NCBI GenBank assembly: GCA_963695995.1
Contig: CAVOIV010000006.1
Location: forward strand, 23,718-87,717
Source of the DNA: an uncultured Methylomirabilota bacterium
GTDB taxonomy: Bacteria > Methylomirabilota > Methylomirabilia > Methylomirabilales > 2-02-FULL-66-22
Direction of reading: 5' to 3'
DNA length: 64,000 nucleotides
Position 1 is the first letter of the stretch; every line of letters starts with the position of its first letter. Below the pieces are notes generated by a model. That model had not been told where the DNA came from. It was given only the letters and a program-made list of their open reading frames with translations, and did not search any database. The position numbers and the translations under genes are program-made. Shown in pieces: positions 11,239-22,267 of this stretch.

Positions 11239-12177
11239 GACTTGTCCCCTGCCTTCGGCTCCTCGGGCGCTCCGCCGGGCTGCGGCGGGCCCGCCGGGAC
11301 CGAACTTGCCGACCGGGAGGAGCGACTCGTCCCGGGTGATCTTGGCGCCGCCTTCCAGCTCCTTGATCCAGGCCTGGAACCGCTGCGACTGTCGCTCGTC
11401 CAGGAGGCGCCGCTGGAGCTGCGCCTTCACCTGGTCGAAGGTGAGCGGTTGGCCCTTCTTCCGATCCACCAGCTTGATGAGGTGAAGACCGAATGGCGTC
11501 TTGACCGGGTCGCTCACCTCGTTCGCCTTCAAGGCAAAGGCCGCACGGGCGAAGTCGGGGAGCATCTGCTCACGCCCCAGGTACCCCAGGTCGCCCCCCT
11601 TGGGCGCGCTGGCGGTGTCCCGGGAGAATTTCTTGGCCAGCTCTTCGAACGACTCGTTCTTGGCCAGCCGCGCCTGGATCTCCTTGGCCTCCCCCTCGGT
11701 CTGGACCAGGATGTGGCGCAGCCGGACCGTGTCCCCGGAGAATTCGTCGGGTGCGCCGCGAAGTACTCCTGGACGTCCTTCTCTTCCACCTTCACCTTGC
11801 CGCCGATCTCCTCCTGCACCAGGGCGCGGATCATCAACTCGCGGCGGAGGTTCGCGACCTGCTCCGCCACCTCGGCCTGGTCGCCCAGCTTTCGCTTCTC
11901 CGCCTCCTGCAGCAGCAGTTCCCGGCGGACCACCCGGTCCAGGAACTGCTTCTGCCCCTCCTTGCTGGCGAAGAACGGCTGCAGCTCGCGCGGGGCGCGG
12001 CGCAGTTCTTGGCCGATCTCTTTCTCCAGGTCGGCAGCCGTGTACGACCAGCTCGTTCACCTTGAGGACTGCCGGCCCCTGGGCCTTGCCATCGCCGCTC
12101 TCCTTACCGCAGCCCGACCAGGATGAGGGCGCAGCCGGCGGCCACGGCAGGGTCTTCCACGGGATCGCGTATCTCAC
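11235..12177 (-). CDS. Parvulin-type PPIase/foldase, probable lipoprotein (frameshifted)
   Basis: RLRHILVQTE...SFEELAKKFSRD..SAPKGGDLG...VSDPVKTPFGLHLIKL. Confidence 0.85.
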
Positions 12178-12286
12178 GGGACGCTCCTTGTCGAGGAATG
12201 GGATTGGGTTCGCGACTCGGACCGCGCGCCTTGGGCCGATGCGCGCGGGTCGACATCAACGCGGGACCGTAACATCCGCAGTGAGC

Positions 12287-15200
12287 CTATGCAAGAGTTT
12301 TCTGGCCGCCGCCAGGCGCGCCTCCGGCGTCGTCCCGTCGGTCCGATACTCCAGCGTGTCCTCCGGCAGATACTTGAGCCGGCCCCGTTCCGTGCGGAGC
12401 AGGGTCACGATCGTCTCCGGGCTGACCGGCGGCGTCCGGCCCGAAGCGCACCCGGATGGCTTCCCGCCGGGCGTCGATCTCTTGAATGCGGAGCGCCCGC
12501 GCCTGGATCTTGAGGTCCATCACCTGGAGCAGCCACTCCGCCTCGGGCGGGACCGGCCCGAAGCGATCCGCCAGCTCGTCGGCGAAATCGGTCAGCTGTC
12601 GGCGTCTCGCGGAGGGCGGCCAGCCGCTTGTACAGGTTCAGGCGCAGCGCGGGATCGGGGACGTAGGATTCGGGAATGAATCCCTCGGCGCGCAGGCGAA
12701 TGGTCGGCTCGACCTCGACCTCGGTGGGCTCTCCCTTCAGTTCGCGGACGGTCTCCTGGATGAGCTGGGTGTACAGGTCGAAGCCCACGGCGGCGATGTG
12801 ACCCGACTGCTCGGCCCCCAGCAGGTTCCCCGCTCCGCGGATCTCCAGGTCCCGCGCCGCGATCTTGAAGCCGGAGCCCAGCTCGGTGAGCTCGGCGATG
12901 ACCTGCAGGCGCTTCCGCGCCACCTCGCTCATGCCGCCGTCCGCCGGGACCAGCAGGTAGGCGAAGGCCCGGTACTTGTCCCGGCCGACCCGCCCCCGCA
13001 GCTGGTACAGCTGCGCCAAGCCCAGGGTGTCGGCGCGGTCGATGATGATGGTGTTGGCCGAGGGGACGTCCAGCCCCGATTCGATGATGGTGGTGCAGAG
13101 CAGGACGTCCACCTTCTTGAGGTAGAAGTCCACCATCACCTTCTCCAGCGCCGCCTCGCTCTGCTGGCCGTGCGCCACGCTGATCCGCGCCTCCGGGCAC
13201 GATCTGCTTCAGCCGCCGGGCCACGGCGTGGATGCTCTCCACCCGGTTGTGGACGAAGAAGACCTGGCCGCCGCGTGCCAGCTCCGCGCCGGATGGCCTC
13301 GCCGATGACGTCCGGGTCGTAGGGGGTGACGTAGGTCCGGATCGCCAGCCGCTCCTCGGGCGGCGTCTCGATGGTGCTGACGTCCCGCACGCCCAGCATG
13401 GTCATGTGCAGGGTGCGCGGGATGGGGGTGGCCGTCAGGGTGAGCACGTCCACCTCGCGCCGGAGCTGCTTCAGGGCCTCCTTGGCCGCCACGCCGAAGC
13501 GCTGCTCCTCGTCCACGACCAGCAGGCCCAGCGCCGAGAACTTCACGTCCTTCTGGAGCAGGCGATGGGTGCCGATGACGATGTCCACGCGTCGCCGTCG
13601 GCCAGCCCCCGCACGACCTGCTTCTGATCCGCCGTCGGGCCGGAACCGGCAGAGCATCTCCACCTGCACCGGGAAACCGGCGAAGCGGGCGCTGAAGGTC
13701 TGATGGTGCTGCATGGCGAGCACGGTGGTGGGCACCAGGACGGCCACCTGCTTGCCGTCCATGACCGCCTTGAAGGCGGCCCGCAGGGCCACCTCGGTCT
13801 TGCCGTAGCCCACGTCCCCGCAGACCAGGCGGTCCATGGGCTGGGGCCGCTCCATGTCCCGCTTCACGTCCCGGATGGCCTGGAGCTGGTCGGGCGTCTC
13901 GTCGTACGGGAACGCCGCCTCGAACTCCTTCTGCCAGGGCGAGTCGGCCGGGAAGGCGTGGCCCGTGAAGGACCTGCCGCGCGGCGTAGAGACGCAGGAG
14001 CTCCCCGGCCATCTCGCGGACGCTGGCCCGCACCCGCTCCTTGGCCTTGGCCCAGGTGGTGCCCCCCAGCCGGTCCAGGGCGGGGTGCGGCGCCGCCGAC
14101 TCCCCGGCCACGTACCGCTGGACCAGATGGAACTTCGAGACGGGGACGTAGAGCGTGTCGCTCCCGGCGTACTGGAGGTGCAGGAAGTCGCCCGTCCTGC
14201 CCGCCCACCGCGAGCTGCTCCAGGCCCCGGTACTGGGCGATGCCGTGGTCGACGTGCACCACGTAGTCGCCCACCTTGAGGTCTGCGAAGGAGGTGAACG
14301 GCAGGGCTTCCTTCGGCCGGGCGCGCCGCCGCAGCACCGCGTGGGCGCCGAAGATCTCTTGCTCGGTGATCAGGGTGAGCTGGAGCGGCGCGATCCGGAA
14401 CCCCGCCGTCAGCTCCCCGATCCAGAGGCCGATCCCCCCCGGCTCCGGCAGCTCCCGCCCCAGGCGAACCCCCAGGTCGTGGTCCCGCAGGATCTCGTGA
14501 GCCGCCGGCCCTGGGCCTCGCTCCGCGCGACCAGGACCACCCGCTCGCCTCTGCGTCGCCAGCGGTCCAGATCCTCCAGGAAGCCGGTGATGCGCCCGCG
14601 GTAGCCCTCGATGCCGATGGCCGGGATCTCACGCAGGAGGGGGGACGGCGGCGCTTCCCGGCGGTCGGCTCGCGCGGCGGGGGCGCGAACGACGTGAGTG
14701 CGATCCCGGCCCACGCCTGCGCCTCCCGGCGGAAATCGTCCCAGGCGACCCAGCGATCGGCCGGCGGCGGGAAGAGGGGTGCCACATCGGGTTCCCGGTC
14801 GGCCTCGGCCTCCGCGTCCCGGAGGAGCGCCGCCGCCCGCTCGGCCAGGGCAGAATCCTCGTCCCAGACGATCAGCGCCGTCCGCGGGCAGATAGGCAAG
14901 CACGGAGGCGGGGTCGGACACCAGGTCCGGCAGGAAGGCATCCCACTCGGGGATGGGCCGTCGCTGCTCCAGGGCCTCCAGCCAGGCCGGCGGAACCGCG
15001 ACGCCTTCCCGCCGAGCCGTGGCCCGGAGGCGCGCCTCCATCCGGCCGGCCGCGTCCTCGGTCATCAGGAACTCTTGCAGGGGAAGCAGGGTCGCCTGGG
15101 CGGCGGCGCCCAGCGAGCGCTGGGTTTCCGGGTCGAAGTGGCGGAGGGAGTGGACCTCGTCCCCGAAGAATTCGACGCGCACGGGATGCCGCATGGCAGG

Positions 15201-15720
15201 GGGAAAGCAATCCAGGATCCCGCCACGGATCGCGAACTCCCCCGGCTCCGTCACCTGGCCGACGCCGCGGTAGCCTCCGGCCGTCAGGGCGCGCAGCAGC
15301 TCCTCCCGAGACACGATCCGCTGCGGGTAGAGCGACACCACCGCGCCCTCCAGCGCAGCCGGAGGGATGGTGCGGGGTAGGGCCGCGGCCACCGATGCCA
15401 CCAGGACGGCAGCCTGGCCCGTCTGGAACCGGTGGAGCGCCTCCACGCGGCCCGCGCGGGCCTCCAGGTCGTCCTCCCGCTCCGGGAGCAACGCCACCGT
15501 CGTCGCCCAGGAAAAAGACCAGGTCCTGGGCCAGCGCCGCGGCGACCTCGTCGCTCCGGCAGAGAGCGAGGAGCGTCCGGCCCGTCCCGACCTGGCACGC
15601 AGCCAGGGCCAGGGCGCGGGCGGCACCGGTGAGACCGGCGAGGACGATTCCCGCGGGGGCCTGCAGGTCCTCGCAGAGATCGACGAGCCGGGTTTCGCGC
15701 CAGAGGTATTGTGGAAGCAT
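12287..15720 (-). CDS. mfd: Transcription-repair coupling factor (multiple frameshifts)
   Basis: [53 protein letters not shown] and [12 protein letters not shown]. Confidence 0.95.
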
Positions 15721-15733
15721 GATGAGAAAGCGA

Positions 15734-15764
15734 CCGTCAGCAGTCAGCCATCAGCCGTCAGCCG
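15734..15764. repeat. Heptamer tandem repeat, about 4 copies (ccgtcag/cagtcag/ccatcag/ccgtcag)
   Basis: Direct reading; lies just upstream of the mfd start. Confidence 0.7.
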
Positions 15765-15864
15765 CGAGATCGACGTGTCGCCGCGACTGGCCGCCGAGGG
15801 CGACAGCGTCATCCAGGGAATCCGAAGGCAGCGTGCATCCGTCCGGAGGATGACTGCAGCGCGA

Positions 15865-16365
15865 TCAACGACGCTTCGCGGCCCGCACCACGATCCGGCC
15901 GATCAGGTCCGACGTGGACGCCCCGTCCACGTACGGCAGGCTACGCACCGCCCCACCCCGGGATTGGACGAAGTCGGCGCCCACGATCTGGCTGATCGGC
16001 CAGTCCCCTCCCTTGACCAGCACGTCCGGTCGCACGGCACGGATCACGCGGGCCGGGTCCAGCTCGTCGAAGATCGACGACCAGGTCCACCGCTGCCAGG
16101 GCCGCCAGCACCTCGGCGCGCTGCTCCGCAGGAACCACGGGGCGGCTCGGCCCTTTGAGCGCGCGCACCGACGCGTCGCTGTTGATGGCCACGACCAGCA
16201 GATCTCCAAGCGCGCGCGCCTGCTCCAGGTATCGGGTGTGGCCGCGGTGCAGGAGGTCGAAGCAGCCGTTGGTGAAGACGACCCGCCGGCCCGCCGTCTG
16301 CGCCGCCCGCACCGCACGGACGACGCCGCCGAGGCGACTTGACCTTCGCGGCGCGCGCACGGCAC
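15865..16365 (-). CDS. rfaE2: D-glycero-beta-D-manno-heptose 1-phosphate adenylyltransferase (RfaE domain II, frameshifted)
   Basis: [15 protein letters not shown]...[15 protein letters not shown] and [11 protein letters not shown]...STS. Confidence 0.9.
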   Translation of the reverse strand: MPCARREGQVASAASSVRCGRRRRRAGGSSSPTAASTSCTAATPDTWSRRARLEICWSWPSTATRRCARSKGRAAPWFLRSSAPRCWRPWQRWTWSSIFDELDPARVIRAVRPDVLVKGGDWPISQIVGADFVQSRGGAVRSLPYVDGASTSDLIGRIVVRAAKRR

Positions 16366-16423
16366 GCGTCGCCCGACAGGGCTTCCCGGCTCCCGGCTCG
16401 CGGCGCGCGCGCCCGCGACGCTT

Positions 16424-16449
16424 GGCTCGCGGCTCGCGGCTCGCGGCTC
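16424..16449. repeat. Heptamer tandem repeat (ggctcgc) x3+
   Basis: Direct reading; related degenerate copies at about 16385-16404. Confidence 0.65.
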
Positions 16450-17404
16450 TCACGCTTCCATCCCCTCGATCACCGCCGCCGCCAGGAGCGGCACCAGGAG
16501 CTCGTGGTGTCCGGTGAGCGCGTAGCCGCGCCCCCCGTTCGCCACCGGACGCCGCACCACGTTCTGCGTCGGCCGGTAGTGCTGGATGAAGTCCAGGTTC
16601 GCGGTGACGAAGTCCTGGACCCGGTGCCCGAGGTTCCGGCTCAGCGTCAGGGCCTTCAGGAACACCTCGGGCAGGAGCACGGCCGAGCCGACGTTGAGAT
16701 ACACCCCACCGTCGCCCAGATCGGCCACCACGGCCGCCAGCAGACGGAAGTCCCGATGCGTCGCCGCCCCGACCGCGGCCCCGTCGCAGCACGGGTGCAT
16801 GTGCACGATGTCGGTCCCCAGGGCGACGTGAACCGTGCAGGGGACGTCCAGCCGGGCGCAGGCGGCCAGCAGGCTGTGCGAGAGATAGGGCGGCTGCATC
16901 GCGAGGAGCCGCTCGCCCACCGCGCGGCCGAAGCCGGCGCCCCGCGCCACCCCCTCGATGACCGCCTCGTTCAGGACGCGGCCGGTCTCCTCGGCCATGC
17001 CGAACTCCCCCTCGGCAAGCTGGACCTCCACGTCCTCCGACGTGAAACCCGCCGTGGCCAGCTCGAAATCGTGGACCGCGCAGGCGCCGTTCAGCGCCAG
17101 CGCCGTCACCACGCCGCGCTCCAAGAGGTCGATCAGGACGGGCGACAGGCCCACCTTGATGACGTGCGCCCCCATCCCCAGCAGGACGGGCTTCCCCTTG
17201 CGACGCGCCGCCAGGATGGCCTGCACCACCTCGCGGAGAGTCCGCACCGCGAGCTGATTCGGCAGCGAGTCCAGGTACGCCTTCAGCGTGCCCCCAGCAC
17301 GCCAGGGGGCGGCGCCATCTTCCGCTCGGACCTTGCTCGGCCGCGCTGCCAGCGGGTAGGTCTTGATTCCCGCCGGATCCAGTGGCTCGTATCGCTTACG
17401 CCAT
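16450..17404 (-). CDS. Conserved protein of GSU2086 type, distantly deoxyhypusine-synthase-like
   Basis: [49 protein letters not shown] and [10 protein letters not shown]; the reading frame extends upstream to about 17404. Confidence 0.7.
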
Positions 17405-17934
17405 CATCGCCCCTCGCGGCGGAACCGCTGGAACTGCTCGGTCAGCGCCCGCACCTGGGTCTCGACCAGGACTTCCTCTTCGAGACGTCCGCGCGAGCGG
17501 CACTCTACGGTGCCGGATGCCGCGGACAGGCTGGCGCTCCGCGTGGTGCGGAACGCTGCGCGGACCCTCACTTCCGTCTGCCCCGGGCTCGGCGTTGCGA
17601 GGTGGACCGTCAGGCGGGCGTCCTTCCCGCGGTCTGCCTTCCCCAGGCCTGGCTTCCCGCAGTCGCTGTACCGGTCCTCGTTCTTCGTCACGAAGATGTT
17701 GGAGGTAAAATCGAGGTTGATCGCGAGCCACGCCGTCTCGATCGTCCCCGCGGTCCGGTCCTCCCTCTGGAGCTCGTATCGTCGCTCCGTCAGGACGCGG
17801 CGCACTGCCTCCCACGTGCGATCGAGGTCCGCCGCCACCCGGGAAACCTCGGGCACCGGATAGCTCCGCGGACTCCTCCCTCCGCAGCCGGCCAGCACGC
17901 CGAGGCACGCTACTGCCACTGCGAGTCGTCGCAT
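17404..17934 (-). CDS. Lipoprotein of unknown function
   Basis: MRRLAVAVACLGVLAGC lipobox; intact ORF with a Cys pair. Confidence 0.7.
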   Translation of the reverse strand: MRRLAVAVACLGVLAGCGGRSPRSYPVPEVSRVAADLDRTWEAVRRVLTERRYELQREDRTAGTIETAWLAINLDFTSNIFVTKNEDRYSDCGKPGLGKADRGKDARLTVHLATPSPGQTEVRVRAAFRTTRSASLSAASGTVECRSRGRLEEEVLVETQVRALTEQFQRFRREGR

Positions 17935-18062
17935 CGCCCCCATCCCGGTCAGGTCTGGAGCGTCCGCAGGACGCGAACGCACGGACTGTACCATAGGCCC
18001 CGGACGCAGTCAAAAGCGTGGCCGACGCGTGGCGGCGCGCCGTGACGGTGTCGGCAGGCAGG

Positions 18063-18094
18063 AAAAAAGGCCTCCGACGGGTCGCCCGGGGGCC
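18063..18094 (-). terminator. Intrinsic terminator after the MscS gene
   Basis: GC hairpin ggcccccg...cggaggcc followed by T6 on the minus strand. Confidence 0.65.
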
Positions 18095-18119
18095 GGATCC
18101 ACCGCAAGTCGCCCGCCGC

Positions 18120-18990
18120 TCACTCGGCGCGCGTGATGACGACGCGGTGCGGATACGGGAGGGCGATTTTTTCGCGGTCGAACCGGTTCTTGATTCGACG
18201 CCGCAACTCCCGGGCCACGTCCCACTGCTTCGACGGCAGAGTCTTGATCAGCAGCCGGAGCGTCACCTGGGACTCGCCCAGCGACTCCACGCCGAGGACC
18301 TGCGGAGGCTCCAGGACCATCGGACCGAAGGAGGCGTCTGCCGCCAACTCTCGGCCCACCTCGGCCAGGACGTGAAGGGTCCGGTCCAAGTCTTCTTGAT
18401 AGTCGATCCCGACCTCGAGGACGGCCCGAGACCACTCCTTGGTCAGGTTACTCGCAACCTTGATTTCGCCGTTGGGAATGAAATGGACGGTGCCCTGGAG
18501 ATCGCGCACGATTGTCGTCCGCAGGCTCATCCGCTCGACCTGGCCGCTCACCCCGGCCGCCTGAATGACGTCCCCCACGTGAAACTGATCCTCCATCAGA
18601 ATGAAAAATCCGGCGATGACGTCCTTGATCAAGCTCTGGGCGCCGAACCCAATGGCCAAGCCCGCCACCCCGGCGCCGGCCAGGAGGGGCGTGATGTCGA
18701 GGCCGATCTCGCGGAGCGCCATCAGGACCGCCACGACGATAGATGAATGCGGTGCCCACCGTCCGGAGCAGGCTGGCCATCGTGCGCGCCCGCTTCTCGG
18801 CCTCCGAAATGGTCGCCCCACTTCCGTTCGCCATCAAGTGGAGAATCCGGTTTACCAAGGAGGAAAGCAGGCGCACCAGAAGAACGCTCGCGGCGGCGAT
18901 CAGGAGCAGACGCACGCCGCTGGTCCGTAACCAGAGAAGGGTTTCATGAACCTCCGTTGGCATCGACAACTCCAGTTGTGACACACCCAT
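18120..18990 (-). CDS. MscS-family mechanosensitive channel (YbiO-like, frameshifted)
   Basis: AGAGVAGLAIGFGAQSLIKDVIAGFFILMEDQFHVGD...FIPNGEI. Confidence 0.9.
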
Positions 18991-19122
18991 GCGTACACTA
19001 CCTGCACGTTCCGCGCGTTGTCAAGCGGGAGGACTGCCCTGCACGCCCTGCGGGGCAGATCCCAGCTTGAGGTGGTCAGGCGCCCGTCGTTGTTCGCTCC
19101 CCTGGACCAAGGGATTTTCATC

Positions 19123-19151
19123 TTGACGGGGGGAGGCCCCTCGCATATGCT
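19123..19151 (+). promoter_or_regulatory. Sigma70-like promoter for the DUF465-moaC unit
   Basis: TTGACG-N17-TATGCT. Confidence 0.55.
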
Positions 19152-19344
19152 CAGTTTCCCTGACGGAGGCGGCTCGAAACGATATGGGACTCTCCTGCCT
19201 ACACATGGGGGCGAAAGCGGCCCTTCCATGCCGACTGGTCTTTTTCGATCGGGACAATAGAACCATACCAGCAGAACCCTCTTTCGGGCCCCTTCGCCCC
19301 GAGGTGGCGCGGAGCGGACCGATGCGGGGGGAGGGAGGTCGCGG

Positions 19345-19593
19345 ATGAGCGATACTGAAGCGCAGCTTTTTGCTCGGCTCAAGGAGGAGAACCCTGATTT
19401 CCGCCGCTTGGCCGAGAAACATCGGGAATTCGACATCAAGATCGGCGAATTCGATCGGATCTATTACCTGACCAGCGAGCAAGAGCGAAAACGTAAGGAG
19501 CTGCAGAAGTTGAAGCTCAAGATCAAGGACGAGATGTACGCCATCATGCGTCAGTTCCAGCATGCCGATCAAGAAGAGGTTGTCTCATCTTGA
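19345..19593 (+). CDS. DUF465/YdcH-family small protein
   Basis: FRRLAEKHREFD...ELQKLKLKIKDEM; strong RBS ggagg. Confidence 0.8.
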   Translation: MSDTEAQLFARLKEENPDFRRLAEKHREFDIKIGEFDRIYYLTSEQERKRKELQKLKLKIKDEMYAIMRQFQHADQEEVVSS

Positions 19594-20065
19594 CCGTCTC
19601 GGTCAGGCGCGCATGGTGGATGTCGGCGCCAAGCCCGAGACGGATCGTGAGGCCATCGCGCGCGGTTTTGTGACGCTCCAACCCGAGACGCTCGGCCTGA
19701 TTCAGGAGAGCGCCATTCCCAAGGGCGACGTCTACGCGGCTGCGCGGGTGGCTGGGATCATGGCAGCCAAACGGGTCCATGAACTCGTCCCATTGTGTCA
19801 CACCCTCCTGCTCTCGGCGGCGGACGTCAGCTTCCGCCCCAGCCGCCGGCCTTTCGGAGTCCATATCGAATCCCGAGTCAGGACCACCGGCCGGACCGGC
19901 GCCGAGATGGAAGCGTTGACGGCGGTCTCGGTGGCCGCGCTGACGATCTACGATATGTGCAAGGCCGTGGATAAATCCATGGTCATCGGCGACGTGCGTC
20001 TGGTCTTCAAGGCCGGAGGGCGAAGCGGCACGTATCGCCGCCCGGGCGAGGTGCCGCCGAGATAG
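19562..20065 (+). CDS. moaC: Cyclic pyranopterin monophosphate synthase
   Basis: LSHLD..GQARMVDV, KGDV...AGIMAAK, PLCH, TGAEMEAL and IYDMCKAVDK. Confidence 0.95.
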   Translation: MPIKKRLSHLDRLGQARMVDVGAKPETDREAIARGFVTLQPETLGLIQESAIPKGDVYAAARVAGIMAAKRVHELVPLCHTLLLSAADVSFRPSRRPFGVHIESRVRTTGRTGAEMEALTAVSVAALTIYDMCKAVDKSMVIGDVRLVFKAGGRSGTYRRPGEVPPR

Positions 20066-20268
20066 GCGCGCGGTGCCGAATCCGCCGCGCGACGAGGATT
20101 CGACGTGTCGTCGGGAGCCGGGGTCCGGTGTGCGCAGCGTACCGGATGTCCACAGCAGGGGCTGTGAGCCCGCGCCGTTACCCATCTCACAGGAGGATGC
20201 CAACCACACAACGGGGACGTGGATCGTAGGCGCAATTGGGGGTATCGTATACCGAGGGAGGAAGTCGC

Positions 20269-20580
20269 ATGTCGTTCCAAGACAAGACGTTGACGTGTGT
20301 GGATTGTGGCCAGACCTTCGTGTTCACCGCCGGCGAGCAGGAATTCTACGCGCAGAAGGGCTTCCAGAACGCCCCCAAGCGCTGCAAGTCCTGCAAGGCC
20401 ACCAAGCGCTCGAGCGGGCCCGGCGGGGGGATGGATGGGGGCGGGAGCCGTGAGTTGTTCGAGGTGGTCTGCTCGTCCTGCGGGCAGAAAACCACCGTCC
20501 CCTTCAAACCTACGTCCGACCGCCCCGTTTACTGCCGCACCTGTTTTCAGTCGCGGCGAGCGTCGGGACTGCGTCCATAG
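20269..20580 (+). CDS. Zinc-ribbon / CxxC-x17-CxxC domain protein
   Basis: DKTLTCVDCG..FVFTAGEQEFY..KGF.N.PKRCKSC and CSSCG...VPFKP..DRPVYCRTCF. Confidence 0.9.
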   Translation: MSFQDKTLTCVDCGQTFVFTAGEQEFYAQKGFQNAPKRCKSCKATKRSSGPGGGMDGGGSRELFEVVCSSCGQKTTVPFKPTSDRPVYCRTCFQSRRASGLRP

Positions 20581-20610
20581 CGTTCCCGTCCGCGCGGCTG
20601 TCACCACCTG

Positions 20611-20660
20611 CAGGCCGGGCGGGTCCCCAGGATGGGGGCCCGCCCGGCCTGGTTTGTTTT
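20611..20660 (+). terminator. Intrinsic terminator
   Basis: Stem caggccgggcgggtcccc / ggggcccgcccggcctg followed by tttgtttt. Confidence 0.75.
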
Positions 20661-20818
20661 CCTCTCCATCACATCACCCCGCCCCGAGGGGAAAGGCATT
20701 GAACGCGCCCCTGGCGTGTGTTACAAGGGGCCGTCAGATTTGACGCCAACCCCTTGGCGACGGGCCCCGCTGGCGCGGCCGGTGCTCGATAGCCGAGGCG
20801 TGAAGGCTGGAGAGTGGC

Positions 20819-22267
20819 ATGCCCAATTCGACCCCACCCGAGGTGGGTGCGATCTTGCGGCAGATCCCCTCGGTGGACGAGGTCCTGGGGACCGCCGGGA
20901 TCCAGCAACTCCTCGCGGGTTATCCGCGTTGGGCCGTATTGGAGGCAGTTCGCGAGGTGCTGGCGGCGTGCAGGAAGGGCGCCCTGGCCGGTGACCTCGC
21001 GCCGGCGACCGCCGGTGCGCTCTTGAGCCCGGTCTCTCTGCGGGCCGCCGTGGAGCGGGTGGCGACGCGAAAGGCCGGATCCTCGCTCCGGCCGGTCATC
21101 AACGCCACCGGGGTCGTCCTGCACACCAACCTGGGGCGGGCACCTCTGGCGCCGTCGGCCCTGGCCGCCGTCGAGACCGCGGCCAAGGGCTACAGCAACC
21201 TCGAATTCGACCTGGCGGAGGGCGTCCGCGGCAGCCGCCAGGTCCATGTCGAGCAGTTGCTCTGCACACTCACAGGGGCCGAGGCGGCTCTGGCGGTCAA
21301 CAACAACGCCGCCGCCGTCCTGCTGGGTGTGAACACCCTCGCCGAGGGCCGCGAAGTCGTGGTCTCCCGAGGCGAGCTGGTGGAGATCGGCGACGCCTTC
21401 CGTATCCCGGACGTGATGACGCGGGCGGGGGGGCGTCTCCGTGAAGTTGGCACGACCAACCGGACGCACCTCGCCGATTACGAGCAGGCCCTCGGACCCG
21501 AAACCGGTCTGATCCTGAAGGTTCACCGGAGTAACTTTCAGATCCTGGGCTTCACGGCCGAAGTCGCGGCGGCAGAGCTCGTGACCCTGGCGAAACGGCG
21601 GGGTATTCCGGTCATGGAGGATCTCGGCAGCGGCGCGCTTCTCGACCTGTCCGTCGTCGGCCTCCGGCGCGAACCGATGGCCACGGACGCAATCCGGGCC
21701 GGGGTAGACCTGGTGACGTTCAGCGGTGATAAGTTACTGGGTGGCCCGCAGGCCGGGCTGCTGGTGGGTGGCCGCGACCTCATCGCGCGGCTCCGGCGGA
21801 ATCCCCTGGCGCGGACGGTCCGGATCGACAAGCTGTGTTTGGCGGCCCTGGAGGCCACCTTGCTCCTCATCCGCGAGCCGGATCGGGCTCGGCGAGAGAT
21901 CCCTGTCCTCCGGATGTTGGGCGAGCCTGCGGATGCCGTCGGGGCCCGCGCCGAGGCCCTGGCCACCGCCCTGCGGACCGGTGTGCCAGCCCTGCGGTAC
22001 ACGGTCGAGGATGGGACATCGGAAGTGGGCGGTGGCGCGTTGCCGTTGCAGGTCCTCCCGACCCGGCTCCTGGCCCTCGATCCCGGAGGGCAGAGCGCCG
22101 GCACGGTGGAGGCTCGCCTGCGTACCGGGGCACCCCCCGTCCTGGTTCGCGTCCAGGAGAATCGGATCCTCCTCGATCTTCGGACCGTGGCACCGGCCGA
22201 GGAGGCGGCGCTCCTGACCGCGCTCCGGGCCGCCCTGGCCGCAGAACGGCGGGAAGACGCACCATGA
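20819..22267 (+). CDS. selA: L-seryl-tRNA(Sec) selenium transferase
   Basis: VINATGVVLHTNLGRA, VNNNAAAV, EVGTTNRT, DLGSG and FSGDKLLGGPQAG. Confidence 0.96.
   Translation: MPNSTPPEVGAILRQIPSVDEVLGTAGIQQLLAGYPRWAVLEAVREVLAACRKGALAGDLAPATAGALLSPVSLRAAVERVATRKAGSSLRPVINATGVVLHTNLGRAPLAPSALAAVETAAKGYSNLEFDLAEGVRGSRQVHVEQLLCTLTGAEAALAVNNNAAAVLLGVNTLAEGREVVVSRGELVEIGDAFRIPDVMTRAGGRLREVGTTNRTHLADYEQALGPETGLILKVHRSNFQILGFTAEVAAAELVTLAKRRGIPVMEDLGSGALLDLSVVGLRREPMATDAIRAGVDLVTFSGDKLLGGPQAGLLVGGRDLIARLRRNPLARTVRIDKLCLAALEATLLLIREPDRARREIPVLRMLGEPADAVGARAEALATALRTGVPALRYTVEDGTSEVGGGALPLQVLPTRLLALDPGGQSAGTVEARLRTGAPPVLVRVQENRILLDLRTVAPAEEAALLTALRAALAAERREDAP

Noticed and set aside
19562-19593. 32-nt overlap of DUF465 and moaC as a special feature
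   Set aside because: Short overlaps are ordinary translational coupling.
20660-20818. tRNA-Sec upstream of selA
   Set aside because: No UCA anticodon arm or T-loop/CCA pattern is recognisable.
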